A stretch of DNA of 64,000 nt. Source: an uncultured cyanobacterium. Its GTDB lineage: Bacteria; Cyanobacteriota; Cyanobacteriia; Cyanobacteriales; Cyanobacteriaceae. Location of the stretch: assembly GCA_963749915.1 (NCBI GenBank), contig CAVVOP010000021.1:256001-320000 (forward strand). The letters are read 5' to 3'. Position 1 is the first letter of the stretch. The number at the start of each line of letters is the position of its first letter. Positions 33,161 to 46,142 of this stretch are shown piece after piece. Below the pieces are notes generated by a model, which was not told the DNA's origin, searched no databases, and worked only from the letters and a program-made list of their open reading frames with translations. A program made the translations under genes and the position numbers.

Positions 33161-33679
33161 CTAATTTTTCATTTTATGTTGACCATCTGCGATCGCCCGA
33201 CTACAACACCAATTACTCGGTAAGGTAGAAGGCCAACCCATTTCAATGGCTTCCTGACAAATAGTGGTTACTGTCAACTGACAATCAATTAATTGAAAAT
33301 CCTCTCTTTGACATTGTTTGAGACTATGTTTGAGAATAGAATCGTCTTGAAACTCAATAGTTTTATTACATTGAACACAAACAATATGATGATGATGGTG
33401 AGGATAGGGGTGATTTAACTCATAATGTTTATGACCTTCAGCCAATTCTAACTCCCGTAAAACCCGCATTTTAGTCATTAATTTAACACTGCGGTAAATA
33501 GTAGATAAACTAATGTTTTCGCCTTCTTCTTCTAATAATTTATACAATTCTTCCGCACTGAGATGATTGCCTTGGGGAAGATTATCGAACACCTCAAGGA
33601 TTTTTTCTCGTTGGGGTGTCATCCGCCAACCTCTGGAATTGAGCTTTTTTTTAATCGATGCGGTAGTATCTAAAGACAT
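33161..33679 (-). CDS. fur: Ferric uptake regulator (FurA-type)
   Basis: RMTPQRE, HLSAEE, STIYR, HHHHHIVCVQC. Confidence 0.9.
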   Translation of the reverse strand: MSLDTTASIKKKLNSRGWRMTPQREKILEVFDNLPQGNHLSAEELYKLLEEEGENISLSTIYRSVKLMTKMRVLRELELAEGHKHYELNHPYPHHHHHIVCVQCNKTIEFQDDSILKHSLKQCQREDFQLIDCQLTVTTICQEAIEMGWPSTLPSNWCCSRAIADGQHKMKN

Positions 33680-33816
33680 AAGCAATTGGGGGGAGACAAA
33701 CTATTTCTTTACTTATGATACTTTTCTTCTACCGCTATTTGCAACTAATGGCCTCTAATTGAGAATGCCCTTTAACAATTAACAATTAATAATTACAATC
33801 AAGATACCTCTGTCAA

Positions 33817-34980
33817 CTATTTCCCCATGCCTAATTGTTGGGCTTTTTGATAAACTTTTCCTTCAGTCAACAGAGAAGGTGCGATTACCACCTCCACTTT
33901 CTGCATGTCCTTGATATTTTTTGCCCCTAATGTACCCATACTGGTTTTTAATGCACCTAATAAATTGTGAGTGCCATCATCTAGTTTCGCAGGACCACGT
34001 AAAATTTCGGCGATGGTGCCAGTAGTACCAACATTAATTCTAGTACCACGAGGTAGCACAGGACTAGGAGTGGCCATACCCCAATGATAACCCCGTCCGG
34101 GGGCTTCGGCACTACGGGCAATGGGTGAGCCAATCATTACGGCATCAGCACCACAGGCGATACATTTACAAATATCACCACCGGTAATAATGCCACCATC
34201 GGCGATAACAGGCACATATTTACCCGTTTCTTTGTGAAAATCGTCTCTAGCGGCGGCACAATCAGCTACAGCAGTGGCTTGAGGCACACCCACCCCTAAA
34301 ACACCTCTGGAAGTACAAGCAGCACCTGGACCTATACCGACTAAAATACCAGCCGCCCCAGCTTTGAGTAAATTGACAGTTACATCATAAGTAACACAGT
34401 TACCCAGAATCACCGCCATGGGCATTTCTGCACAAAAACCGGCTAAATCTAGGGGAGTAACAGAATCGGGGGATAAGTGGGCAGTAGATACCACGGTGGC
34501 TTGAATAAAAACTAAATCTGCCTTGGCCTGTGCTACCACTGTACCGAATTGACTCGCACCCCCAGGGGTTAAACTAACGGCGGCGATACCACCTTGTTGC
34601 TTAACTTCAGTGATTCTTTGCTTAATTAATTCTGGTTTAACTGGTTCGCTGTACAATTCTTGCATTAAACCCACAAATTCTGATTTACCAACGGAGGCAA
34701 TGCGATCTAAAATGGGGTTAGGATCCGCATAACGAGTTTGAATTCCTTCTAGGTTTAATACTCCTATAGAGCCTAATTCTGAGAGTAATACGGCCATTCT
34801 AGTATCTACCACACTATCCATAGCACTGGCAATAATGGGGATTTCTCTTTCAATACCGCCGAGATTAACATGGGTATCCGCCAAGATAGGGTCTAATGTA
34901 CGATTTCCGGGCACTAAGGCGATTTCATCTATACCGTAAGCTCTACGGGCTTGTTTTCCACGACCGATGATAATACTCAC
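33817..34980 (-). CDS. guaB: GuaB3-family IMP dehydrogenase-related protein
   Basis: [11 protein letters not shown] and IADGG; no CBS pair; GTG start. Confidence 0.88.
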   Translation of the reverse strand: MSIIIGRGKQARRAYGIDEIALVPGNRTLDPILADTHVNLGGIEREIPIIASAMDSVVDTRMAVLLSELGSIGVLNLEGIQTRYADPNPILDRIASVGKSEFVGLMQELYSEPVKPELIKQRITEVKQQGGIAAVSLTPGGASQFGTVVAQAKADLVFIQATVVSTAHLSPDSVTPLDLAGFCAEMPMAVILGNCVTYDVTVNLLKAGAAGILVGIGPGAACTSRGVLGVGVPQATAVADCAAARDDFHKETGKYVPVIADGGIITGGDICKCIACGADAVMIGSPIARSAEAPGRGYHWGMATPSPVLPRGTRINVGTTGTIAEILRGPAKLDDGTHNLLGALKTSMGTLGAKNIKDMQKVEVVIAPSLLTEGKVYQKAQQLGMGK

Positions 34981-35134
34981 TTTATTTTTTCTGCTATAAG
35001 TTTATTTGCTTAGATTATCAAATTTTGAATGATCGTGGCAATTTGAGCAATATTCGGAGGGAATTTTTTTTAATGGGCAAATTTGGTTAAGATAAGATCG
35101 AGTTCAGTTAGTTTGAAGTAGGAAAGAATGGTTT

Positions 35135-35512
35135 ATGTTAGGCAAGTTTCAAAAAAGTGAATTAAGAATTGAAGTTAAAGTAAAAGAAACTGTTTTCCGA
35201 GATTGTTTATTAGATATTAATAAGTTAAAACAATGGTTTTTTCCCTTAAAATTCCAGCAAAACTCTTCAGAAAAATTATCTCAAGGGGACACTTTTAGTT
35301 TTTATCTTGGTTTAATAGAAATTAAAAATAAAGTAGATTTTATTGATAGTAATTGTGTGCGGTTAATTTTAAGCGGTGGTATTGACGGTTATCAAGAATG
35401 GTGTTGGGGTGAGGGTTGGATTCAATCTCGTATTGAGGGAATTTCTCTGTTGCCTCTTAATTTGGGGCAAACCTTGAATTTGTTGCGTTTAAAGTCTTTT
35501 GCTACCCATTAA
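35135..35512 (+). CDS. Conserved cyanobacterial hypothetical protein
   Basis: GIDGYQEWCWGEGWIQSRIEGISLLPL. Confidence 0.75.
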   Translation: MLGKFQKSELRIEVKVKETVFRDCLLDINKLKQWFFPLKFQQNSSEKLSQGDTFSFYLGLIEIKNKVDFIDSNCVRLILSGGIDGYQEWCWGEGWIQSRIEGISLLPLNLGQTLNLLRLKSFATH

Positions 35513-35514
35513 TA

Positions 35515-35543
35515 TTGCCTAAACAGCCACGGGCAACTATAAT
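35515..35543 (+). promoter_or_regulatory. Sigma70-type promoter of tRNA-Ser
   Basis: TTGCCT-17 nt-TATAAT, 14 nt upstream of the tRNA. Confidence 0.6.
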
Positions 35544-35557
35544 GGGAGGCGAAAAAA

Positions 35558-35644
35558 GGAGAGGTGGCAGAGTGGTTGAATGCGGCAGTCTCGAAAATTG
35601 TTATGGCGGCAACGTCATCGAGGGTTCAAATCCCTCCCTCTCCG
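35558..35644 (+). tRNA. tRNA-Ser(CGA)
   Basis: GGAGAGG acceptor stem, anticodon loop CT-CGA-AA, long variable arm, GGTTCAAATCC. Confidence 0.95.
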
Positions 35645-35779
35645 CTGGAAAGTATTAAAAACAAATTATCTACAACTTTTAAAAAAAAATAGGATAAGGA
35701 ATGGAAACAATAAAGGCTAAAATTCATTCTAATGTAGTTATTCTTTAACTAAAATTAACCTATCAAATAATTTATTTTC

Positions 35780-37839
<2,060 letters not shown>

Positions 37840-37940
37840 AAAGACAGATGGACAAAGGGAGGGCTCACAGGGGCTTACAAGGGTAGGTTTTTTATAATTA
37901 GGTGTTGGCAAGACAAGGAGGACAAGGAAGGAAAGTAGAC

Positions 37941-38233
37941 ACACGGTTTGGAAGGTTATGAAAATTTCTGGTGGGAAGGCAGGAGGCAGAGGGCAGAAGG
38001 TTTTTACCGAATTAAACCACTCAAGAAAAAGCTTAACTTAATAGAGGTTTTACTCAGAGGGCTAGCTATTTTAGCAAAGTAAATAAGAACTAATTCGGAG
38101 ATAATTTGAGATATTTTGAGCTAAATATAGTCATAACTTCTTCTGACTTCTTCCTTATCCCTCCTTCTGCCTCCTGCCCCCTGCCCTCTGCCTTACCCTC
38201 GCCAACAATCTTAGTTAACCTACCAAGTCGTGT
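37941..38233. mobile_element. MITE-like element with imperfect TIRs and inverted heptamer arrays
   Basis: ACACGGTTTGGAAGGTTA versus reverse complement ACACGACTTGGTAGGTTA; inner GGCAGGA/GGCAGAG arrays face each other. Confidence 0.7.
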
Positions 38234-38257
38234 AATATTCCTGCTCGATAACGAAAC

Positions 38258-38833
38258 TTAGAAAAAGGCGATATTCCCACATTGATAGGGATTTTCGCTG
38301 ACAACAGTAATGGCATTTTCTCCATATTGTTTAAATATTTTGACGGCGTAGGTGATAGAAACTCCATGGCCTTGTAAGAAAATCATTACTTCTTTGATGA
38401 CTTTCTGGGTTTCCCATGCTTCCTTGATCATCGTCACCCGTTTTTTGCCGATACCTTCTACTTCAATGAGGCGATTGATCTCATGTTCAATAATATTCAG
38501 AGTTTGTAAACCAAAATGCTTAACTATAGGTTTAGCTGTAACTGGACCGACTCCTTTAATTAAACCACTTCCTAAATATTTTTCAATACCTGTAATATCG
38601 GCTGGTTTGGTTTCTTCGTAATTTAAGACGCAAAATTGTAAACCATATTTAGGATGATTTTTCCAATAACCGTAAAGTTTGAGAGTTTGTCCTGCTTGTA
38701 GGTTAGCAAAATTACCGACGATGGTGACTAAATCTTTTTCATTACCTACTTTTAACCGTGCGATGCTGTAACCTGTATCTTGAGCAGTAAAAGTGATTCT
38801 TTCAACTATTCCTGTGATATTTTCGTTACGTTG
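38258..38833 (-). pseudogene. RecD2-like helicase N-terminal fragment (no start codon, truncated)
   Basis: ITGIVERITF...WKNHPKYGLQF...EKYLGSGLIKGVGPVTAK...IFKQYG...ENPY; absent from the ORF track. Confidence 0.85.
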
Positions 38834-38834
38834 A

Positions 38835-38924
38835 TAAGCTAAGCCGCATTTAATCTGCGGTCTAAAACTGTGAAACCCTTGCTATCTTGAATCTGAAGTT
38901 GTAACGGAAATGCGTTTTAGCTTA
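38835..38924. mobile_element. 90-bp MITE-like inverted repeat element
   Basis: TAAGCTAAGCCGCATTT versus reverse complement TAAGCTAAAACGCATTT (15/17 identical). Confidence 0.7.
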
Positions 38925-39460
38925 AATAGTAAATAGCTAAAAGCAAAACTAGCACCTTTATCCCATCCCAAATTTAAGACTGTATCAGCCATCGTCCATT
39001 GAAAACTGTGCAATAAACCCAACCATGATAAGACACTGCCACTTAATGCCCATAATCCTGCTTTGCCAAACTGTTTTTCAATAATATGTACTGTCATTGC
39101 CGATAAAATCATTGCCGAAAAAATCAAACCTTGTTCTAAAGCAAAAGCACCAGTAATATAAGTATCACTCCCTTCAAAAGCGGGAATTAAAATATCGGGA
39201 TTAAATGGCATTTCTGGTGTGCCGAAACCTCCTGCTCGTAAAGCATTTTTAGCGATTAATGCACCCCATCCTGCAATTCCGGGTAACATTCCGATAACTA
39301 CTGCTGGTGCATGATTTTTGGGAGTGCTATTAAAACTTTGTACCACAATAACAATGCCTATCCAGAGAACGATCGCCATACCACTATCAATAGGTATTAG
39401 AAATGATAATAAGCCTACTGTGCCACTTAAACACAAAACTGTCATGATAACAGCATTTTA
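38882..39460 (-). pseudogene. NCS2/AzgA-like permease C-terminal fragment
   Basis: AIVLWIGIVI, HAPAVVIG, ALEQGLIFSAM; N-terminal part missing, last residues encoded by the MITE. Confidence 0.7.
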
Positions 39461-39465
39461 TATAA

Positions 39466-39939
39466 CTATAAATTACATTGTTTATTTTTTTCACAGAGGC
39501 GTTTTTCTCTAATAAAAACTAAAGTTTCTAAATCTTTCCTACCTGTTAGTTTTAAACGTAAATCAGCCCAAATTTCATATATTTTATTAGCAATAAAACC
39601 AATAATGGGAACTTTAGTTAGGGCATAAATCCAACCCATACCTAAAATTTCATACACTCTGCGAAAAACTTCGATATTGGTAATCACTGTACCATCGGCA
39701 AGAATAGCATGGATACGCCCCATGGCCATTTCATAACTAATTTCGGCATTTTCTTCGGGAGAATAGTTATCATCAGCAATATCGACAAAAATAACTTTAC
39801 CTCGTCGGGCATCTTTCTGCCGTAAAAAATTAACTTCTCGCAAACATAATGGACATTCCCCGTCGTACAATAATTTAATTTCGTAAGATGATTCGATAGT
39901 TTTACTCATTGAAGTAGTTTTGCTTATTAGATTAGACAT
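39466..39939 (-). CDS. DCC-family (DUF393) thiol-disulfide oxidoreductase
   Basis: LLYDGECPLC and AMGRIHAI. Confidence 0.88.
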   Translation of the reverse strand: MSNLISKTTSMSKTIESSYEIKLLYDGECPLCLREVNFLRQKDARRGKVIFVDIADDNYSPEENAEISYEMAMGRIHAILADGTVITNIEVFRRVYEILGMGWIYALTKVPIIGFIANKIYEIWADLRLKLTGRKDLETLVFIREKRLCEKNKQCNL

Positions 39940-40043
39940 GAATATTAATTGTATGTTTACTTTATGAAAGGCAGATGACAGATGGTTTTTAAATATTCTT
40001 TATTAATTTTAAAATATACAATCTATTTTGTTTAGTTACTTAT

Positions 40044-40950
40044 CTATTTTTTCTCGGCATGAATATAATCAACAAAATAAAATTTAGGTTCTAGCCAGAA
40101 TTTTAACCATGCGTAAAAACCTAAGCCAATCAAACTACTAATTATAATTGGTAGCCCAAAATTTACTCGATAAATGTCAGGTAAAATTGCAGTTATAGAT
40201 AAGCAAATAATAAAATAAATAATTAAGATTTTTTGTAAATTTTGATTATTTTTTAAAGTATTACGACAACTTTTACAATGCTGAGTATGCTGATGATAAC
40301 GATCTAAAATTTGTTGACGATCTTCATTTATTTTTAAGTTTTCATATTCTAATATACCGACTTTTTCCCAAGGTAATTTTCCTTCACAATAAGTATCAAA
40401 CCATTTCCGAAATTCAATTACCAACCGATCTGCACTTGTGGGCATTTTATAAGCAGTTTTCCAACTTTCCTCTCTCAATTTTTGTTGCAAAAAACGTTCT
40501 TGTTGATGTAATAAAATCATATCACCATCTAAAACAGGATTTCTAGTTTTGATATGTTCCCACCAACGAGGAGTTATTTTGTGAAGATTTTGAGCAAAAT
40601 TACGGGAAAATTGAGCTACTATCCGACATTTACCCGGCATTATCGGAATACAATAAGTTATTAAACCCAATTGTTGCCCTTTATCTCCAAAACCGATGGC
40701 ATATTCTAAACGGGAAGGAGGCTCAAAAGTAATAGTAGTTTTAAAAAAGCGATTAGTTTCAGCTTCAATTAATTCCCATGAAGATTTAATGATTTCAATA
40801 GGGATGGGTTTAGCTTGTTCTCGATTTCCTTGTAAGCCATGATGTGCAAAGGGTACATGACTCGGATCTGCTACATTTTCAATAAAAGTCTGCCAATCAT
40901 ATTCTAAATCTCGTACCATTGAAGACCATACAAAACCTTTTTCTTTATTT
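40044..40950 (-). pseudogene. Pheophorbide a oxygenase-like Rieske oxygenase, C-terminal part only
   Basis: ENVADPSHVPFAHH, PTSAD, RYHQHTQHCKSC; no Rieske CxH/CxxH domain upstream. Confidence 0.8.
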
Positions 40951-41022
40951 ATTCATTGAAAATTAATCTTATCTTAAGTACAATCACAATTATATAAAAC
41001 TTGAGAAAAATCTAATTTTTTC

Positions 41023-41289
41023 GGCTCTTTGACAGTGAGGGTGGTAAAAAATAATAAATAAATCTATATTAGCTAAATTATAATATAGCGAAGTAAGCTG
41101 TAAAATCTGTAATTACTGACTTACAGCAAGAATTTATAATATTTTAATTAACGATATAGCAGTTATAACTTTATTAAAGATAATGAATTATTAGTGGAAC
41201 TTGAAAATATTGAGGGTAAATCTAAAGGAATAAACCAAAAAATTAAGTTAATAAAGAGAAGAGCTTATGGACTGACAAACTTTGATAAC
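41023..41289 (+). pseudogene. Internally deleted ISL3-family remnant
   Basis: Begins GGCTCTTT (ISL3-type end); 41227-41289 reads GINQKIKLIKRRAYGLTNFDN, resembling the ISL3 transposase C-terminus. Confidence 0.7.
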
Positions 41290-41351
41290 CACAGGAATTT
41301 TTCAAATCCCTCGCAGTATTGAGATGAAGACTTGCGTGGACAAGGAAGGTT

Positions 41352-42392
41352 TTAATCTGTGGGCAAACCTATTTTTTCCTTAAGGTTAAACCATTTTTTT
41401 CTTAGCTTCCAAAATTTACTACTTTCCATCGCTTTAATAAGTTCTTTTTCTTTATCTAATTCTACTTCTAAATATCTCAGATAATTTTGTATATTAGCAG
41501 TCTCTTGATTATGTTTTTCGATATTTTTTTGTTGTTCCACTAAAATTTTTTCTAGATGATTAATTTGAAAGTTTAAATCTTCTTTTTCATTATCTTTGAT
41601 ATGGATAGTTTTTTCTAAATGATTAATCTGAAAGTTTAAATCTTCTTTTTCACTATCTTTGATATGGATAGTTTTTTCTAAATTACTAATATGGTGTTTT
41701 TGATCATACTCGGAAAAACGAATAAATTCATCAAATACATTAACAGGAGTGCTAAAAAAATTTCTTAAATTAGAGACTTCTTCTGCTAAATAAAAGTCAT
41801 TTAAGCCATCGAAAAAAATATGTTGATAATTATGACTAGCTAAAAAATCAGAAATATTAGTTTCTTTTCTAATAGGGGAATTAGGAATAGTGGCCTCCAA
41901 AAGAATTATTTTTGGACGGAAATTTTGCCAATCATGACCTAAGATTACTTTTTCTTCCCAACCTTCTACATCTATTTTTAAAAAATCAATGGGCTGATTC
42001 ACATATTGATGACAAATATCAGCTAATGTCTTGATGGCAACAGGATATTCATGTAAAGAAAAACCGTTTTTTTCTGCCAGTTTTTCCGCCATGTCACGGT
42101 CAAAAGTTGATAATCCAGTATCTAACAGTTCATAAAAATTTAATTCCCCTTTTTGGTCACTAATAGCTATATTAAGATTAATATCATTAGGGCGATCGTT
42201 TTTAAGTAGCTGAAAAAAATGGGATACCGGTTCGATGTTAATACCAGTCCATCCTTTCTCAGAGAAAGCCTTAGTAACCGAATCGTAAATAGGATGGTGT
42301 GCTCCAATATCAATATAAAAGCCTTTTTCCTGATCTTTAAAAATACGATTTAATAAAACATCTTCAAAATTTTGTGAGTAAGAAATAAACAT
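41352..42392 (-). CDS. FkbM-family methyltransferase with coiled-coil tail
   Basis: SYSQNFED, YIDIGAH, FLKIDVEGWE; C-terminal MESSKFWKLR. Confidence 0.9.
   Translation of the reverse strand: MFISYSQNFEDVLLNRIFKDQEKGFYIDIGAHHPIYDSVTKAFSEKGWTGINIEPVSHFFQLLKNDRPNDINLNIAISDQKGELNFYELLDTGLSTFDRDMAEKLAEKNGFSLHEYPVAIKTLADICHQYVNQPIDFLKIDVEGWEEKVILGHDWQNFRPKIILLEATIPNSPIRKETNISDFLASHNYQHIFFDGLNDFYLAEEVSNLRNFFSTPVNVFDEFIRFSEYDQKHHISNLEKTIHIKDSEKEDLNFQINHLEKTIHIKDNEKEDLNFQINHLEKILVEQQKNIEKHNQETANIQNYLRYLEVELDKEKELIKAMESSKFWKLRKKWFNLKEKIGLPTD
41547..41683. repeat. 63-bp coding tandem duplication in the FkbM tail
   Basis: LEKTIHIKD(S/N)EKEDLNFQINH occurs twice. Confidence 0.92.
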
Positions 42393-42434
42393 GATATTTT
42401 CTGAATTTTAAAAATAAATTAGCTATATTTTTGA

Positions 42435-44819
42435 TTAAATTAAACCTAATTCTCGCAAACGTTTTATATATCTTTTCCCTGCATTTATGGGAGAATAATC
42501 AATGGCTATTTTCTGTTGTCCTGCTAAAGCAATTTGTTTAGTTTCAAAGGAATTTTCTACCATTCTCTGCATGATCCAAGCCGCATAATTTAAGTCAGGT
42601 TTTGCCCATTTTTGTCCTTCTGCAAAAGGATATTCATCGGGTTTTAAGGGGGTTAATTTATACTCTACGGGAAAACCTGTTTGCCGATTAATAAAATCAC
42701 AATTTCCAGAATAGTTAGTGGCAATTACTGGTTTACCTAATAACATTGCTTCCGCTAAAGTATAACCAAAACCTTCGGAGCAATGTAACGATACATAACA
42801 ATCACAACAATTCATTAAAGCCATTACTTCACTATGACTTAAATATTCATTGATAACAATAATATCCTTTTCTCTATCAATTATTTCTAATAATTTTTGA
42901 TAGTTTTTATTATCAGGATCATAACCTCTAGTTTTAATAACTAAAGCAGTGGGAATATTCAATTTTTGATGACGAAAAGCCATTCTATATGCCGTGATAA
43001 CAGCCATGGGATTTTTACGAGTAGCAAAAGAGCCAAAATCAAAGTTAAAATGAAATAAAAACTTATCTTGTGGGAGGTTAAAATATTCTCTATTTACCGC
43101 GTTAAAATTACCAATAGCTACTGCTGGTGGCATACATATAACTGGAATAGAAAGTTTCCCCTGTAAAGTGAGTTGAACAAATTTAGAACCAACCCAAACT
43201 TCATCTATATCATGATAATTATTAACCCAACTTTGAGGAAATTTACTCAATTCCCAATAAGGAATATTAACAGTAAATTTGGGTTTATTACTATGGTTTT
43301 TAACCTCTTCCTTAACTGTAGCTAATTGATCAGCATTTACTTGATAAATATGTATAGGAGAATCAATTTTTGAAACCAATAATTGTTTTACTTGATCATC
43401 ATTTTGACGAGCAAAATTGTTATGAATATGATAACCCTGGACATTTACACCTGTTGTTTGTAAACTATTAATAACCATTCTTCCAGCATGTCCTACCCCA
43501 GTTTCAGTTTTTAAGTATCCAACAACATTAATGGGAAACTTAGATTTTTTTTGTAGTAAGGAAAGGGATTTATAATGGCTATTTTTTTTGTGGATACCAT
43601 CTAAAATTGGTTGTAAAAAATAACTATCAATTTGATTTTCTTCTGCATTTTCTATAAACCAAAAGGTATATTTTTTTCTATCTTCATTGTTAAAAAGATT
43701 AAAATTTTTTTGAAGATCTGAACGAGATTCCCAGAAGGAAATCATCAAATTAGTTAAGGAAAAATTTGATAAATTATTATTAAAACTATGATTAATTTGG
43801 TTCAAATAATTGGCAAAAGAAAGAAAAGGATTTTCATACCAAATATCTTTTAATTTTCGATATATTTGCCTAATAACAGTGGGAATAAAAATATCATTAG
43901 TAAAATGACTATAACAATATTTAGGTATAACGTTATTACGGAAACTATGACATTTAAGTTTAGAGATATAGTTATCAATTAATTCTTGCAACTCTTGTGA
44001 TAAATTGCCATTAAAAGCATTAGTATGTTTCGATAATCTTTGATTATTATTGATATTTATACCACTAAAATGAAAGAAAACTAAAGGCTTTTCATCAACG
44101 AACCAACTTTCATCTTTTTTCTCTAAATTTCTTTGAAGTAAATTCCAATAAGCAACGTTGATATTTGTATCTTTTAAAATTTTTACTTTATCATAAAAAG
44201 CAGGTAATAAATCAACAAATTTTTGATCAACAAAAATACCATTGTGTTGTTCATTGATACAATAAAAACGTAGTTTTCTTCCCCACCAATGCAAAAAATT
44301 AATTACTTGATTACTGTTACTTAGGGCAATAAAACCTAAGTTATAAATCCCCGATTGCATTACCCCAATATCTCCGGGGTAGGCGTCTTCTTCTGAGGGT
44401 TTAGTAATATGGGGAGTGATAACAAAATCTGAACCATTATTTAAAGCGGAAAACACCGATTCGAGAGGTGCAAATAATTCAATATCAGGATCTAAATAAA
44501 CAACTTGTTCAAAATTATATTGTTCAATTAATAACTGCATCATGAAGGGTTTTACCCCGGTGTTAAACTCCATGATATCGTAACGAAAAGCAAAATCATA
44601 AAAATGAGGAATATTTAATTTTTCTGCTTCTACTATGGTTACATTCTCAATTTCGAGGGGAAAAAGAGGATTTTGTTTATCCGCTAAACATAGAAAAAGT
44701 TCAGATTCAGGATGGTATTTTTGAAGTGAATTAAATAATATTCTTACATAGGGAAAATAATTATTTGAGCAAATACTCATGATCGCCCTTTTTTTTTGAT
44801 GTTGGTATTGTTTTGTCAT
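42435..44819 (-). CDS. Two-domain glycosyltransferase (GT-A-like plus GT4)
   Basis: N-terminal YLDPDI, GIYNLGF, FVDQKF; C-terminal RKNP, SLHCSEGFG. Confidence 0.85.
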   Translation of the reverse strand: MTKQYQHQKKRAIMSICSNNYFPYVRILFNSLQKYHPESELFLCLADKQNPLFPLEIENVTIVEAEKLNIPHFYDFAFRYDIMEFNTGVKPFMMQLLIEQYNFEQVVYLDPDIELFAPLESVFSALNNGSDFVITPHITKPSEEDAYPGDIGVMQSGIYNLGFIALSNSNQVINFLHWWGRKLRFYCINEQHNGIFVDQKFVDLLPAFYDKVKILKDTNINVAYWNLLQRNLEKKDESWFVDEKPLVFFHFSGININNNQRLSKHTNAFNGNLSQELQELIDNYISKLKCHSFRNNVIPKYCYSHFTNDIFIPTVIRQIYRKLKDIWYENPFLSFANYLNQINHSFNNNLSNFSLTNLMISFWESRSDLQKNFNLFNNEDRKKYTFWFIENAEENQIDSYFLQPILDGIHKKNSHYKSLSLLQKKSKFPINVVGYLKTETGVGHAGRMVINSLQTTGVNVQGYHIHNNFARQNDDQVKQLLVSKIDSPIHIYQVNADQLATVKEEVKNHSNKPKFTVNIPYWELSKFPQSWVNNYHDIDEVWVGSKFVQLTLQGKLSIPVICMPPAVAIGNFNAVNREYFNLPQDKFLFHFNFDFGSFATRKNPMAVITAYRMAFRHQKLNIPTALVIKTRGYDPDNKNYQKLLEIIDREKDIIVINEYLSHSEVMALMNCCDCYVSLHCSEGFGYTLAEAMLLGKPVIATNYSGNCDFINRQTGFPVEYKLTPLKPDEYPFAEGQKWAKPDLNYAAWIMQRMVENSFETKQIALAGQQKIAIDYSPINAGKRYIKRLRELGLI

Positions 44820-44906
44820 TGTAATTTTAGGTGTTTGTTTATTTATTTCGTCAAATAATGATTAAATCATAATTGCATAAATTAAACCTAATCTATCAAA
44901 CAGAAG

Positions 44907-45866
44907 ATGAATAAAGCATTAATTTGTGGTATTTCAGGACAGGATGGTGCTTATTTAGCTAAATTATTATTAAGCAAAAATTATCTTATTTGTGGAACAT
45001 CAAGAGATGCAGAACAATGTACTTTTAAAAACCTAGTATATTTAGGTATAAAAGATAAAATTCAATTGGAATCAATGGCATTAAATGACTTTCGCAGTGT
45101 ATTGCAAGTAGTCGTTAAGTTTCAACCAGATGAAATTTATAATTTAGCAGGACAAACTTCTGTTGGGTTATCATTTAAACAACCGGTAGAAACTTTAGAA
45201 AGCATCGCTAAAGGGACGTTAAATCTTCTCGAAGTCATTAGATTTACAGGGAAAAACATTAAATATTATAACGCTAGTTCTAGTGAGTGTTTCGGGGATA
45301 TTGGAGATGAACCAGCAGAAGAAACTACGCCTTTTCGACCCCGAAGTCCTTATGCCGTAGCAAAATCTACCGCCTTTTGGGAAGTAGCGAATTATCGAGA
45401 AGCCTATAATGTTTTTGCTTGTTCTGGGATCTTATTTAATCATGAATCACCTTTACGATCAAAAAGATTTGTCACTCAAAAAATTGTTGAAACTGTCTTT
45501 GACATTTATCAGAAAAAAGCGACTCACCTAGATTTAGGAAATCTAAATATTATAAGAGATTGGGGATGGGCTGAAGAATATGTAAAAGCAATGTATTTAA
45601 TGTTACAAAAAGACGAGCCAGATGATTATGTCATTGCTACAGGTATAAGTTATTCATTAAAAGATTTTGTGGAAGAGGCATTTCGTTATTTTAATCTTAA
45701 CTGGTATGATTATGTAACTTCCAATTCTGAATTATTGCGTCCAACGGATTTATCCGTAAGTAGAGGCAACCCAGAAAAAGCTCAAAGAATTTTAGGATGG
45801 AATGCCCATTATCAAATGCCTGATGTAGTTAAAATGATGATTGAAAGTAAAATAAGCTCAAATTAG
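44907..45866 (+). CDS. gmd: GDP-mannose 4,6-dehydratase
   Basis: GISGQDGAYL, SPYAVAK, GILFNHESP, RDWGWA. Confidence 0.9.
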   Translation: MNKALICGISGQDGAYLAKLLLSKNYLICGTSRDAEQCTFKNLVYLGIKDKIQLESMALNDFRSVLQVVVKFQPDEIYNLAGQTSVGLSFKQPVETLESIAKGTLNLLEVIRFTGKNIKYYNASSSECFGDIGDEPAEETTPFRPRSPYAVAKSTAFWEVANYREAYNVFACSGILFNHESPLRSKRFVTQKIVETVFDIYQKKATHLDLGNLNIIRDWGWAEEYVKAMYLMLQKDEPDDYVIATGISYSLKDFVEEAFRYFNLNWYDYVTSNSELLRPTDLSVSRGNPEKAQRILGWNAHYQMPDVVKMMIESKISSN

Positions 45867-46142
45867 CTTTAAAAATTTCTTTCAATTAAGCTAGAAACCT
45901 AAAAAGTTAGTCAGAGAGAAGCGGTTGAAATGAAAAAAAATCTAGCTATTTATTAAATTTTGGACAAAAAGACAAAATTGGGTTGTAATCATTTCATTAT
46001 CTTATCTAAAAAGAGACAGCGGACGGGCAACAGGCAATAGTCAACAGTGATAAGACTTCTATTATTTTCTATTATTAGTTGATTTTTCACAAATCATTTA
46101 GGATTGCTATATGCTATAAATATATAATAAAAACAATTATTT

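Noticed and set aside
38352..38621. 89-aa plus-strand ORF
   Set aside because: Antisense shadow of the recD2 fragment
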